Of a stretch of DNA of 64,000 bases, positions 40,176-50,045 are shown in pieces. Each line of letters begins with the position of its first letter. The first letter of the stretch is position 1. A model generated the notes under the pieces. It did no database searches. It was not told the DNA's origin and saw only the letters and a program-made list of their open reading frames with translations. Location: assembly GCA_002788675.1 (NCBI GenBank), contig PFRS01000005.1:314635-378634 (forward strand). The letters are read 5' to 3'. The position numbers and the translations under genes are program-made. The DNA is from Candidatus Pacebacteria bacterium CG_4_9_14_0_2_um_filter_40_15 (GTDB lineage: Bacteria; Patescibacteriota; Microgenomatia; UBA1400; PJMF01).

Positions 40176-41780
40176 ATGAAAGATAATATGAACAATAAAA
40201 ACATAGCTGCACTCTGGTGCAGAGTAAGCAGTCCAGACCAAGAAACTTCTGGGTATTCACTACCTGCTCAGGAAGAACTTTTAAGAGAGTACGCTACACG
40301 AAAAGGAATTCAAAAGGTTGATTTTTTCTCTGTTTCAGAAAGTGCTAAATCTAGTCAAGTAAGAGCAAGTTTTAAAGAGCTGTTCAGCCATGTAAAAAAA
40401 CATAACATCAATATAGTAATTTGCGAAAAAGTTGACAGATTAACCAGAAACTTTTACGACATGATAATGATTGATGAATGGCTTGAGAAAGACCATGAAA
40501 GAGAAATACACCTCGTAAAAGATTCGCTAGTTCTTCACGCTGGCTCTCGTTCTCAGGATAAATTAAATTGGAACTTAAAAGTTTTATTAGCAAAAAATTA
40601 CATTGATAATCTCAGAGAGGAAGTTAAAAAGGGTCAACTGATGAAACTCAAGCATGGCTGGCTACCAACTAGACCTCCATATGGTTATAAAACTGAAGGA
40701 AACAAGGGGCACAAAATTCACGTCATAGATAATGAAACTGCACCAATTGTAAAGAAACTCTTTCAACTCTACTCAACTGGCAACTACTCACTTAAAGCCA
40801 TTACAGAAAAAGCAAATGAGCTTGGTTTAAGAAGTTCAAAGGGTAATCCAGTTGTTAAAAGTAGAATACACAAACTGCTTCAGGATAAGTTCTACATTGG
40901 CATTAATATTTGGAATGATACTGAGTATCCTGGTAAACAAGAAACATTCATCGAGGAAGAATTATTCTACCTGGTGAAGAGGGTTATGAAAGGTGGCTTT
41001 AACAATACACGCACTTACTCAAAGCATAACTATCTTTTTAGAGGAATGTTTAAGTGTGAACACTGTAAAGGCACAATCACCTGGGAAGAACAGAAAGGTA
41101 TTGTGTATGGTCACTGCAACCACTACAAACCATGCCCCTCAAAAGATTGGGCTCGTGAAGATTCTGTCGAAAAGCAAGTTAAAAAGTCATTAAAGTCACT
41201 GGTAATAAAAAACAAGCGAGTATTAAACTGGCTAAGAGATGAACTGAGCACACGCATTCATGAAGAAACTGATGTATATGTAGCTTCAATAGAACAACTT
41301 AAAAAAGACTTAGTGCTCACTGAAAGGGCTCAAGAGCGACTCTATGATGACAAGCTTTATGAACGTATCCCTGAGTCAATGTATGACCGAAAGGCAAATG
41401 AGTTTAAGAATAAGACTAAGAAGCTAGAGAAACAAATAAAGGAGCTCTCTGGTGGCACTGATAAAGCTAGACAGGTCGGACTAAGTATCTTTGACCTTGC
41501 ACAAGGTGGTCATATCATTTATGAAAAAGCTGATATTGAGAAACGTCAGCTACTTTTAAAACTGGTATATAAAACAAGAGAAATTTTCGAGGATACTTGT
41601 AGCTTAGAGTATACGGAAGAAATGGCATTACTATTGAAAGCAGTCAACCAGACTAATCGTTCGAAACTGGTGAAAAAAGTTGAGAAAATGGAAGCTACTT
41701 TCGAACCATCTGAAAAGATTGATTTAGCAAGAAAAAGTGACTCTTTTATGTCCTTGCGGACTGGTTTGCTCCCCCGGTAG
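40176..41780 (+). CDS. Large serine recombinase (integrase)
   Basis: RVSS catalytic Ser, DRLTR, PPYGY, zinc ribbon CEHC...C...C and coiled coil; stop codon lies inside the tRNA. Confidence 0.95.
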   Translation: MKDNMNNKNIAALWCRVSSPDQETSGYSLPAQEELLREYATRKGIQKVDFFSVSESAKSSQVRASFKELFSHVKKHNINIVICEKVDRLTRNFYDMIMIDEWLEKDHEREIHLVKDSLVLHAGSRSQDKLNWNLKVLLAKNYIDNLREEVKKGQLMKLKHGWLPTRPPYGYKTEGNKGHKIHVIDNETAPIVKKLFQLYSTGNYSLKAITEKANELGLRSSKGNPVVKSRIHKLLQDKFYIGINIWNDTEYPGKQETFIEEELFYLVKRVMKGGFNNTRTYSKHNYLFRGMFKCEHCKGTITWEEQKGIVYGHCNHYKPCPSKDWAREDSVEKQVKKSLKSLVIKNKRVLNWLRDELSTRIHEETDVYVASIEQLKKDLVLTERAQERLYDDKLYERIPESMYDRKANEFKNKTKKLEKQIKELSGGTDKARQVGLSIFDLAQGGHIIYEKADIEKRQLLLKLVYKTREIFEDTCSLEYTEEMALLLKAVNQTNRSKLVKKVEKMEATFEPSEKIDLARKSDSFMSLRTGLLPR

Positions 41781-41840
41781 GATTCGAACCTACAACCTAC
41801 CGGTTAACAGCCGGGCGCTCTGCCATTGAGCTACAGGGGA
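41769..41840 (-). tRNA. tRNA-Asn (GTT), CCA not encoded in the current state
   Basis: TCCCCTGTAGCTCAATGGCAGAGCGCCCGGCTGTTAACCGGTAGGTTGTAGGTTCGAATCCTACCGGGGGAG folds as a cloverleaf. Confidence 0.95.
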
Positions 41841-41985
41841 TTGTGTTGAATATATTTTCAGTAAAAAAATACTGCAAATAGAAATAAAAGAACGTAGTTA
41901 TTTTACCATAACCAGGCATCAAGTAAACAGGAAGCCGAGCTTCCTCTGACTAGCTTCTGCTGTTGAGCAGATAATTGTGAACTTG

Positions 41986-43185
41986 TTAGTGTCCATGCCC
42001 AGCATGTGTAAATTTTTTACTGTTTTTGGCAGCATCTTCAGCCGAAAGCAGGTACACTGCAAGAAATGTTGTGAGTGGCACTGCTAACACCAGGCCTATT
42101 GAGCCAGTAAGAGTACGTACAATTTCTTCTGCAATAACTTGATTATTCACCTTCACCCACCAAGGCACACCGCTGTCGACAAACACGAGCAGAAAAAGCG
42201 GCAGACTGGTACCGGCATAGGCTAAAAAGAGTGTGTTCACCAGTGAAGCCACATGATCTTTACCAACTTCTAAAGCTCTAAAATATATCTCTTGTTTTGA
42301 AAGGCTGCTATTTGCTCCAAGAAGCTGTTCAACCACAGAAACTTGTGCTACCACAATATCATCCAAGACACCAAGTGCCCCAATAATTATGCCCGCAAGG
42401 AAAAGTCCTTGTAAATTAATAGAACCATACTCTGCAAACTGCAAAAAGTACGCCTGTTCATCACCCAATCCTAATAATCTTGCAAGCTGGACAACATAGG
42501 TTGAAAGTAAAATTACCACTACAAGCACCGCAACAATCGAACCAAAGGCCACATGTGATTTTCTGTTAAAACCATGAGCTAAATAAATAGTCACTGCTCC
42601 AGCTGTGATTGAGGCAATGACACTTACCAACACTGGACTCGTGCCCTGCAGAATCGCCGGCAACATGTACCAACCCAAAATAAAGAATGTGGAGAGCATG
42701 CCAATAATTGAAAGCATACCTCTAGTGCCACCCACAACAGCCACCAACACCAAAAACACCATAGCTAAAAAGAGTAAGATTGGAATACGATACATGTCGG
42801 CAAGCACAGTAAATTCATTATTCTCTGCATCCGCTTGAGTAGTCAATATAACTTGATCTCCAACAGTAAATCGTTGTGCTTCAAGAACAGGTTGAAATTC
42901 ACTTCCAACCATAACTTCAGATATTTCATCAGTTTTCTGATTCTGGACTCGTAACTTCTGTATAAATGCTCTGTTACCATCAACTTCGAATTCCTCCTCT
43001 TCTATCACCGCAGTGACCTTACCAATATCATAGGCTTGCTGAGCAGGAACGGGGAGTACGTTTGCTGCTTCAGATGCAACAGGCGACTCCTCTTGAGCAA
43101 AAGTTTGAATACCACTTGCAAAAAAGATACATGCGAGTAACCCAAAGACAAAAAAACGTAGGTGTAGTGTAAAAGAAACATTCAT
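41986..43185 (-). CDS. YibE/F family membrane protein
   Basis: IIGALGVLDD, VNTLFLAYAG and EEIVRTLTGSIGL. Confidence 0.88.
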   Translation of the reverse strand: MNVSFTLHLRFFVFGLLACIFFASGIQTFAQEESPVASEAANVLPVPAQQAYDIGKVTAVIEEEEFEVDGNRAFIQKLRVQNQKTDEISEVMVGSEFQPVLEAQRFTVGDQVILTTQADAENNEFTVLADMYRIPILLFLAMVFLVLVAVVGGTRGMLSIIGMLSTFFILGWYMLPAILQGTSPVLVSVIASITAGAVTIYLAHGFNRKSHVAFGSIVAVLVVVILLSTYVVQLARLLGLGDEQAYFLQFAEYGSINLQGLFLAGIIIGALGVLDDIVVAQVSVVEQLLGANSSLSKQEIYFRALEVGKDHVASLVNTLFLAYAGTSLPLFLLVFVDSGVPWWVKVNNQVIAEEIVRTLTGSIGLVLAVPLTTFLAVYLLSAEDAAKNSKKFTHAGHGH

Positions 43186-43253
43186 CACAGTAGGTCACAT
43201 TATATCGAGGTCTGTCCAAAAGGTCACTGTACAAACAGTCTCAGATCGGTAGA

Positions 43254-44381
43254 ATGGTCACAATGAGCAAACGCATTCTCCTTGTCACCGACACGTACCT
43301 CCCAACAATTAGTGGTGTAACCACTGTAGTCTCAGAATATAAAAAAGAATTAGAACTGCTCGGTCACTCAGTTGCTGTCGCAGTTCCTGAAACTGAGGAA
43401 ACAACCAAAATGGAAAATGTTCTCACTGTTCCAGGTCTTCCAAGTATTTTACGATCTGATACTGTTCTTCCATTGTATTTTGTTGGACTGGAAAATAAGA
43501 TAGATGCTTTTAATCCTGATGTCATCCATATTCATAGCCCAGGTCCATTGGGTCTTTGGGCACGCAAATGGGCAAAAAAAAATAACGTCAGAGTAGTCAC
43601 AACTGTCCACGCTACTCCGACTTTTTCTGCTAGCTATCTACCCTTTAGCTTTCTGTACGAAGATTTCATTAAAGAAAGTGGTTGGAAGTTTTGGGAATGG
43701 TTTCTGGAAACGAGCGACGTGGTCATAGCCCCTTCCTACTTCATAGTTGAAAAATTAAAAAAAATTGGCATTAAAAATACTATTTTTAGAGCTCCTTTCT
43801 GGATTGAACCTTACCAGCTCACAAAGAAAACTCAAAAGAAAAAAACAACCGACTTCCTCTTTTTTGGACGACTTGACCCTGATAAAAACCTACCTTTTTT
43901 ATTAGAGAGTTGGTCAAAAGTAAGTGTTCCAAATGCTCACCTAACTATTGCTGGCAGAGACCTCAAAGATCAAAGGAAAGATTTACAAACACTGGCAAAA
44001 ACACTTGGTTGCGAAAGCACTGTAACAGTTTTTGGGAAAGTCAGCGAAAAAAAGAAACTCGAACTTTTCTCCAAAACCGATTTCTTTGTCATGCCTTCAA
44101 AAGTTGAAGTGCAGAGTATTGTTACGTATCAGGCTGCTCTGTCCGGTATCCCAGTGGTGGTTGCGCGCGCCAGCGCGCTTCCTGAGATTGTAGCTCACTC
44201 CACTGCCCCTGATCTCATCTTCGATCCTGATGATCCAACCTCACTCACCAGAGTCCTGGAGAAGTGCTGTACGAAAAAAGCTTCCTACACCAAAAACTAT
44301 ACACTCTCAAAAGACTTCAGAAAATCTTTTACCAAAGAGACTATTCTTAATAATTTAGTGAAAAAGATATACTCAATCTAA
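43254..44381 (+). CDS. Glycosyltransferase family 4
   Basis: TDTYLPTISGV, GRLDPDKN and PSKVEVQSIV...A. Confidence 0.88.
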   Translation: MVTMSKRILLVTDTYLPTISGVTTVVSEYKKELELLGHSVAVAVPETEETTKMENVLTVPGLPSILRSDTVLPLYFVGLENKIDAFNPDVIHIHSPGPLGLWARKWAKKNNVRVVTTVHATPTFSASYLPFSFLYEDFIKESGWKFWEWFLETSDVVIAPSYFIVEKLKKIGIKNTIFRAPFWIEPYQLTKKTQKKKTTDFLFFGRLDPDKNLPFLLESWSKVSVPNAHLTIAGRDLKDQRKDLQTLAKTLGCESTVTVFGKVSEKKKLELFSKTDFFVMPSKVEVQSIVTYQAALSGIPVVVARASALPEIVAHSTAPDLIFDPDDPTSLTRVLEKCCTKKASYTKNYTLSKDFRKSFTKETILNNLVKKIYSI

Positions 44382-44649
44382 CTTCTATCCCAGTCATAAA
44401 ATAAAAAAGTGTTACTGACTATAAAAAAAGATCTGGTGTATGTGCATTTTTGTGGTTTCATAAAAAGAATGATGTGCTATAATTCAAACTCTTGTGTTCG
44501 TTACTGCAACGAATAACAGGAACGCACTTTACTACATGCATACAACTTTAGTCAGATACCTGTGTTTCTTTTTTATGAAAGGAAATAGTGGTATCTGGCT
44601 AAAACCCAAATGGCCAGAGAAAATACATTTCAAGGAGAAAAGATTTTCC

Positions 44650-44769
44650 ATGAGCAAAAAAATGATGTCCATTTTGGCAGGCACATTTCTTTTGGTTGCC
44701 GGCGTAGCCGGGGCGTACTGGTATTTTCTGCAAAATCCTGACGCAGAAGTCCAGTACTTCGAACTTTAA
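44650..44769 (+). CDS. Small membrane protein, 39 aa
   Basis: AAGGAG SD; MSKKMMSILAGTFLLVAGVAGAYWYF...; followed by a terminator. Confidence 0.55.
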   Translation: MSKKMMSILAGTFLLVAGVAGAYWYFLQNPDAEVQYFEL

Positions 44770-44794
44770 GAAAACGGCCGTAAGCATGTAACAA

Positions 44795-44827
44795 AAAAAC
44801 CCGCACCATGTACTGGAGCGGGTTTTT
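44795..44827. terminator. Bidirectional terminator
   Basis: AAAAACCCGC...GCGGGTTTTT between convergent genes. Confidence 0.7.
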
Positions 44828-44850
44828 ACTTTTTATTTCAATTATTTGTA

Positions 44851-45942
44851 TTACTCTAAGAAATCCTGTAACTTCTTACGTCTACTAGGATGTTTCAGCT
44901 TGCGTAGAGCCTTAGCCTCAATTTGACGAATACGCTCGCGTGTTACACCAAACTGTTTACCTACTTCTTCGAGTGTCATCATTTTGTTGCCGCTTAAGCC
45001 AAAGCGCATCTTAAGCACTTTTGCTTCACGGTCGCTCAGAGCCCCAAGGACTTCTTCAACATTTTCGCGCAACATCTGCATACTGGTTGCTTCGTACGGT
45101 GAAACTTGACCATCATCTGAGATGAAGTCGCCCAACACACTATCATCATCTCCATCACCCACTGGGGATTCAAGCGATGTCGTGTTTTGAGAAATCTTAA
45201 GAATTTCGCGAACTTTTTCTGGATCCATCTCCATGGCCTTACCAATTTCTTCTGGTGAAGGCTCACGGCCCAAATCTTGCATAAGTCGGCGAGAAGTTCG
45301 CATTAACTTATTGATGGTTTCAACCATATGAACAGGAATACGAATAGTACGAGCTTGGTCGGCAATTGAACGAGTAATAGCTTGGCGAATCCACCATGTT
45401 GCGTAAGTAGAAAATTTAAATCCTTTAGTCCAATCAAATTTTTCAACTGCACGAATTAAACCTTTATTACCTTCTTGAATTAAGTCGAGGAAAGTCATTC
45501 CACGGCCAATATATTTTTTTGCAATAGACACCACCAAACGAAGGTTAGCATCAATTAAATCTTGTTTTGCTTTTGGATCGCCGGCCTCAACCTTTTGAGC
45601 TAAACGTATTTCTTCTTCTCTATTAAGAAGCGGAATACGGCCAATCTCTTTGAGGTACATACGCACAGGATCTGCAACAGTTCTGTCTTTAAGTGTAGAA
45701 AGTGTAGCAAGTTCTTGGGTAAGATCATCGTCACCGGTTTCTTCTTTTTTCTCGGCAACAGACTCAAAAATGTCTGTTCCCATTTTGACGAGTTCATAAT
45801 AAAAATCATCAAGTTCTTCAAGGTATTCTTCTGGTTCAACAAAAGCTTGAAGAATATCATCTTGAGTAAGGTATCCTTGTTTCTTTGCAAGTGAGAGTAA
45901 CTTATCAATATCTTTCTGAATGGCTGCGGGAAGTTTAGGCAT
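44851..45942 (-). CDS. rpoD: RNA polymerase primary sigma factor
   Basis: [34 protein letters not shown] and TRERIRQIE; likely start is MPKLP. Confidence 0.97.
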   Translation of the reverse strand: MPKLPAAIQKDIDKLLSLAKKQGYLTQDDILQAFVEPEEYLEELDDFYYELVKMGTDIFESVAEKKEETGDDDLTQELATLSTLKDRTVADPVRMYLKEIGRIPLLNREEEIRLAQKVEAGDPKAKQDLIDANLRLVVSIAKKYIGRGMTFLDLIQEGNKGLIRAVEKFDWTKGFKFSTYATWWIRQAITRSIADQARTIRIPVHMVETINKLMRTSRRLMQDLGREPSPEEIGKAMEMDPEKVREILKISQNTTSLESPVGDGDDDSVLGDFISDDGQVSPYEATSMQMLRENVEEVLGALSDREAKVLKMRFGLSGNKMMTLEEVGKQFGVTRERIRQIEAKALRKLKHPSRRKKLQDFLE

Positions 45943-46154
45943 AAGAATAAAAAAAGAGGGCTGGCAATTACCAGCAATCATCTACTACTTTCTGTTCTGT
46001 ATAATTATACACCCGAATGTCAAGTTATCAAGCGCTGTCTGGTGAGAAGGTGACGCAAGTATATGTCTCACTTTCACAACTCCACATTCTAAGGAACTTG
46101 TGTGTTCAATTTTGAATTATTTATCGTATGTATACATATTTATTCTTCCGCTAC

Positions 46155-46700
46155 AGAAAACCCCAGGCTTTCAAGCCTGGGGATGAATGGCAGTTGAGGC
46201 GAAAGCCGAAACTGCTATCTTGTATACTTGATGCATGACTAGAAAATACTGGACGGGAGCTCATACAACACATCGGTTGAGATTTCATATAGTTCTTTTA
46301 CCAAAATACCGCAGGAGAGTGCTCAAAGGCAAAATAGCTACTAGAATAAAGCAATTGTTCTATCAGGCGTGCCAGATGAATAAGTGGTGGATAGATGAAA
46401 TAAATCTCCAGCCAGATCACCTACACATGTTAATCCAGATAAAACCAAGGGAATCAGTGTCAAGTGTGGTGCAGTTACTCAAGGGAGGGAGTAGTAAGGT
46501 GATCAGGGTAGAGTTTCCAGATTTGGAAGAATATTTATGGGGAGATAGTTTTTGGTCAGATGGCTATTTTGCCGAAAGTGTGGGAACAGTAAACGAAGAA
46601 ATAATTAAGCAGTATATTAAAAACCAACATGCAGCAAGTATTGAGGGCGATTAGCCCTCATGCATGAAGCTCCGGCTTTTAAGCCGGAGAGACTGTTCAC
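46155..46700 (+). mobile_element. IS200/IS605-family element, tnpA only
   Basis: Left-end hairpin CCCCAGGCTTTCAAGCCTGGGG (46161-46182); right-end hairpin CTCCGGCTTTTAAGCCGGAG (46670-46689) followed by ...TTCAC; left boundary approximate. Confidence 0.85.
46235..46654 (+). CDS. tnpA: Y1 HUH transposase TnpA
   Basis: HIVLLPKYRR, DHLH, KGGSS, FWSDGYF and YIKNQ. Confidence 0.95.
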   Translation: MTRKYWTGAHTTHRLRFHIVLLPKYRRRVLKGKIATRIKQLFYQACQMNKWWIDEINLQPDHLHMLIQIKPRESVSSVVQLLKGGSSKVIRVEFPDLEEYLWGDSFWSDGYFAESVGTVNEEIIKQYIKNQHAASIEGD

Positions 46701-46740
46701 TTTATATGCATCTAACATACTCAATGAAGTGCTGGTACCA

Positions 46741-46769
46741 TTTGCGCCAGGCATTCTGCCTGGCGCAAA
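46741..46769. terminator. GC-rich hairpin, probable terminator downstream of gdh
   Basis: TTTGCGCCAGGCA-ttc-TGCCTGGCGCAAA, a perfect 13-bp stem. Confidence 0.55.
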
Positions 46770-46805
46770 CTCAAACTCAACTCAAATCTTACAACAAAAA
46801 ACGAA

Positions 46806-48104
46806 CTACACTCGCCCTCGCAGAATAAGTGTATCAACCACACTCTTTACAGCCTTAAGATAGGTCGCCATTCGAAGTGAAACCTGTTTCAACTCTTGCA
46901 TATCCCAAGCATCTGTCATTGCTTGCTTCATCAAAGGCTCCAACTTACTCAGCACTTCTGCGTGTGACCAATAGTAGCCTTGAAGGTTTTGCACCCATTC
47001 GAAGTATGAAGTGGTTACGCCACCAGCATTTGCCAGCACATCAGGCACAACCAAGATACCTTTATTTTCAAGAACAATGTCAGCTTCAGGTGTTGTTGGA
47101 CCATTTGCCATTTCAATAACTACTTTTGCATTAATTGTCGAAGCATTCTCAAGCGTAATAGCATTCTCAAGCGCCGCTGGCACCAACACATCAACATCAA
47201 GAGCAAGTAATTCTTCTGCAGAAATAACTTGGCTCGAATCCTCTGTTAATGACCCAGTTCTCTTTTTTGTTGCAAGAACGTCACGTGGACTCAGACCAGT
47301 CGCATCATACAAAACCTGCTTAGAATCAGAGACAGCCACAACTTTAAAACCACGCTCTGCTGCATGCAATGCAAACCAATAGCCAACATTACCAAAACCT
47401 TGAATAGCTATGGTCACATCATTGGGTTTCTTCCAGCCCATTTTTTTACATAAGATTTCGAGCACATATACTCCGCCCAAACCAGTAGCTTCTTCGCGGC
47501 CCTGTGAGCCGCCCAGTTCTAGTGGTTTACCAGTGAAGGTTGCCAAAGGATTTTCTGAAAAAGTTCCCATTGTCTCTTGTTGATACTGCTCGTACTCATC
47601 AACCATCCAAGCCATAATTTGACCAGTGGTGTTTACATCAGGAGCTGGGACATCAACCCAAGGACCCACAAATGGAGCGACAAACCGTGCGTACGCTCGG
47701 CTGAGACGTTGCAGTTCGGCCATACTTAGGTCACGAGGATCAACAATTATGCCACCCTTACTTCCACCATAAGGAATACCAGTAACGGCAGATTTCCAAG
47801 TCATCCAAGTAGACAGTGCCATTACTTCATCTTTACTTACATTTGGGTGAAAACGGATACCACCTTTGTACGGACCTCGAGCATTATCATGCTGTGAACG
47901 GTACGCAGTAAATGACTTTTCTGTGCCATCATCCATGGTAATCTGGAGTTCTGTCTCGTGAACTTGATCAGGTTCACGAAGTTTATTAATGGCAGCATCA
48001 AACTGAACCTCTTTGTCTCCAACATACGAATCACGAAGCAGTGCAGCAACTTGTAACAGTTGTTCAACTGCATGTGCGTGCGCAGAACTTTGTTTTTTTT
48101 TCAT
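46806..48104 (-). CDS. gdhA: Glu/Leu/Phe/Val (glutamate) dehydrogenase
   Basis: GPYKGGIRF, GGSKGG, DVPAPD, GFGNVG and ANAGGV. Confidence 0.92.
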   Translation of the reverse strand: MKKKQSSAHAHAVEQLLQVAALLRDSYVGDKEVQFDAAINKLREPDQVHETELQITMDDGTEKSFTAYRSQHDNARGPYKGGIRFHPNVSKDEVMALSTWMTWKSAVTGIPYGGSKGGIIVDPRDLSMAELQRLSRAYARFVAPFVGPWVDVPAPDVNTTGQIMAWMVDEYEQYQQETMGTFSENPLATFTGKPLELGGSQGREEATGLGGVYVLEILCKKMGWKKPNDVTIAIQGFGNVGYWFALHAAERGFKVVAVSDSKQVLYDATGLSPRDVLATKKRTGSLTEDSSQVISAEELLALDVDVLVPAALENAITLENASTINAKVVIEMANGPTTPEADIVLENKGILVVPDVLANAGGVTTSYFEWVQNLQGYYWSHAEVLSKLEPLMKQAMTDAWDMQELKQVSLRMATYLKAVKSVVDTLILRGRV

Positions 48105-48193
48105 AATGCATCCTTTTTAAACTTATAATGGTCAAAAAGCTAACCATACGTTATTACGGCCAATATCTCTCTTATTTTACTCGGGGTCCTATA

Positions 48194-49261
48194 TTAGGAT
48201 TCTTGTCGCTCAAGCCATCGTTCAGCGTCTAGCGCCGCTGCACAACCTTGACCAGCTGCAGTAATTGCTTGCTTATAGCGCACATCGACATTATCACCAG
48301 CTGCAAACACTCCTTCAACAGAAGTCATGCTTGGGTACTGAACCAATCCTTCAGACAAAGCAGCTTGAGCCTTGGTAACACCAACTTCTGTTGCACTCTG
48401 ACGAGTAACAACATAGCCATGACCATCAAGTTCAACTTGATCAACAAATACACTTGTTTGTGGTCTGTGCCCAATGGCGATAAACACACCATCTGCTGAC
48501 AATACCTTTTCTTCGCCATTCTCTTTAACACGAACCCCAGTCACTTTTTGGTCACCAATAATTTCTTCAAGCGTTGTATTCCACAGCACCGAAATCTTTT
48601 CATTTCCCAACACGCGTTCTTGCATAATCTTACTTGCTTTAAATGAATCGCGACGGTGAATAACGGTAACATGCTTTGAAAATTTGGCCAAAGCCAGTGC
48701 ATCTTCCATAGCACTATCACCACCACCAACTACATAGGTTTCTTTATCTCTAAAGAAAGCAGCATCGCACACAGCACAGTAGCTTACGCCTTTGGCTGAA
48801 AACTCAGCTTCACCAGTAACGCCAGGCTTGATGGGACTTGCTCCTGTTGAGATAATAATTGAGTTAGCTACATACTCAGGCTCAGATGCCTTAATACTTG
48901 CTGCTAATTCTTTTTGCTGTTCTGGAGTGTAGTCATTGAGTTTTTGAGGATCGGTGCCTTCTGGCAACGTGGTCCAAATTTTAAATGGACGATGTGACAA
49001 ATCAACTGCTGTCACATGCATATCTACGATAGACGTCCCAAATCGTTCAGCCTGAGTTCGAAACTGCATCATCATTTTCGGCCCCATGATTCCTTCTGGG
49101 AATCCTGGGAAATTCTCCACATCTGTAGTGAACATAAGTTGTCCACCAGATTGGTATCCCGCAAATACTGTTGTTTCTAACTGTGCCCGACTGGTATAGA
49201 TCGCTGCGGTGTACCCAGCAGGACCAGAACCAATGACGGCTACTTGAACTTTCTTTGACAC
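48194..49261 (-). CDS. trxB: Thioredoxin-disulfide reductase
   Basis: GSGPAG, CAVCD, GGGDSA, HRRD and QAITAAG. Confidence 0.95.
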   Translation of the reverse strand: MSKKVQVAVIGSGPAGYTAAIYTSRAQLETTVFAGYQSGGQLMFTTDVENFPGFPEGIMGPKMMMQFRTQAERFGTSIVDMHVTAVDLSHRPFKIWTTLPEGTDPQKLNDYTPEQQKELAASIKASEPEYVANSIIISTGASPIKPGVTGEAEFSAKGVSYCAVCDAAFFRDKETYVVGGGDSAMEDALALAKFSKHVTVIHRRDSFKASKIMQERVLGNEKISVLWNTTLEEIIGDQKVTGVRVKENGEEKVLSADGVFIAIGHRPQTSVFVDQVELDGHGYVVTRQSATEVGVTKAQAALSEGLVQYPSMTSVEGVFAAGDNVDVRYKQAITAAGQGCAAALDAERWLERQES

Positions 49262-49302
49262 GCCTATCCTTTCATTTCTCTTATTTTTTTGCTGAACGTA
49301 CT

Positions 49303-49656
49303 TTATTCAAGTACTTTTTCAATCATATCGCGGTATCCCTGTTCTCCAGGAAAACCAACTTTTTGAGCCGCCAATTCGCCATCTTTAATGATAACTACTG
49401 TTGGAATACTCATAACACCAAAACTTGCTGGAACTTGATTGTTTTCGTCAACATTAACTTTAACGATATGAACTTTACCTTCGTACTCGCCAGCTAATTT
49501 ATCAACAATTGGAGCTGCCATTTGACATGGGCCACACCATTCAGCGTAAAAATCAACAAATACAGGCATACCTGCTTCTTTTGCGTCTTCTACATTTTTC
49601 TTAAAATCGGCATCTGTCCAGTGAGCTGCCTGTGCAGTTTTTTTATCGTCTGCCAT
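49303..49656 (-). CDS. trxA: Thioredoxin
   Basis: WCGPC; AGGAGG SD before MADDKK. Confidence 0.95.
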   Translation of the reverse strand: MADDKKTAQAAHWTDADFKKNVEDAKEAGMPVFVDFYAEWCGPCQMAAPIVDKLAGEYEGKVHIVKVNVDENNQVPASFGVMSIPTVVIIKDGELAAQKVGFPGEQGYRDMIEKVLE

Positions 49657-49742
49657 ACGTCCTCCTTTGTGAGTACTTCGTACTACTATTACTTTATATC
49701 TAATACCTACTACTATACATGAGCGCAACTACTTAGGTTCCG

Positions 49743-49982
49743 CTATTCATACTTAAAAAGTTCTTTAAGCACTTGGTCTAAATCATCAGTTCTGGCTTCT
49801 TTTGAGCATTTACATGCTTCACCAGTGAGTAAATCACGGGCTGTGCGACCCAAAGAGCCGCGAACTGCAATAATTTGACGACAAATATCAATACAGGCAC
49901 GTTCTTCTTCGTACATTTTAACGATGCCTTCAATTTGGCCGCTGATGCGTTTAAGTTGTGCTAACTTTTTGTCTGTTTGCAT
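49743..49982 (-). CDS. CsoR/RcnR-family repressor (CstR-like, lacks the Cu-ligand His)
   Basis: LKRISGQIEGI...C.D...Q..AV...LLTGEACKC; likely leaderless start MQTDKK. Confidence 0.85.
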   Translation of the reverse strand: MQTDKKLAQLKRISGQIEGIVKMYEEERACIDICRQIIAVRGSLGRTARDLLTGEACKCSKEARTDDLDQVLKELFKYE

Positions 49983-49988
49983 ACACAT

Positions 49989-50017
49989 AATATACCCCCG
50001 GGGGGTATATGGGTCAA
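49989..50017 (-). promoter_or_regulatory. Promoter TTGACC-17-TATATT containing a CsoR-type operator
   Basis: ATATACCCCC-G-GGGGGTATAT perfect inverted repeat at 49990-50010. Confidence 0.85.
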
Positions 50018-50045
50018 GCACTAAAAATTGATCGATAAAAAGAAT

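Larger units (their letters stand above)
32429..41771. mobile_element. ~9.3-kb serine-recombinase integrative element at tRNA-Asn (satellite-like core plus protease cargo)
   Basis: Recombinase runs into the tRNA 3' end; matching junction at 32429; visibly more AT-rich than its flanks; carries PrimPol, XRE and DUF5659. Confidence 0.85.

Noticed and set aside
32429-41771. Prophage
   Set aside because: No capsid, terminase, portal, tail or lysis genes recognisable, and only 9.3 kb long.
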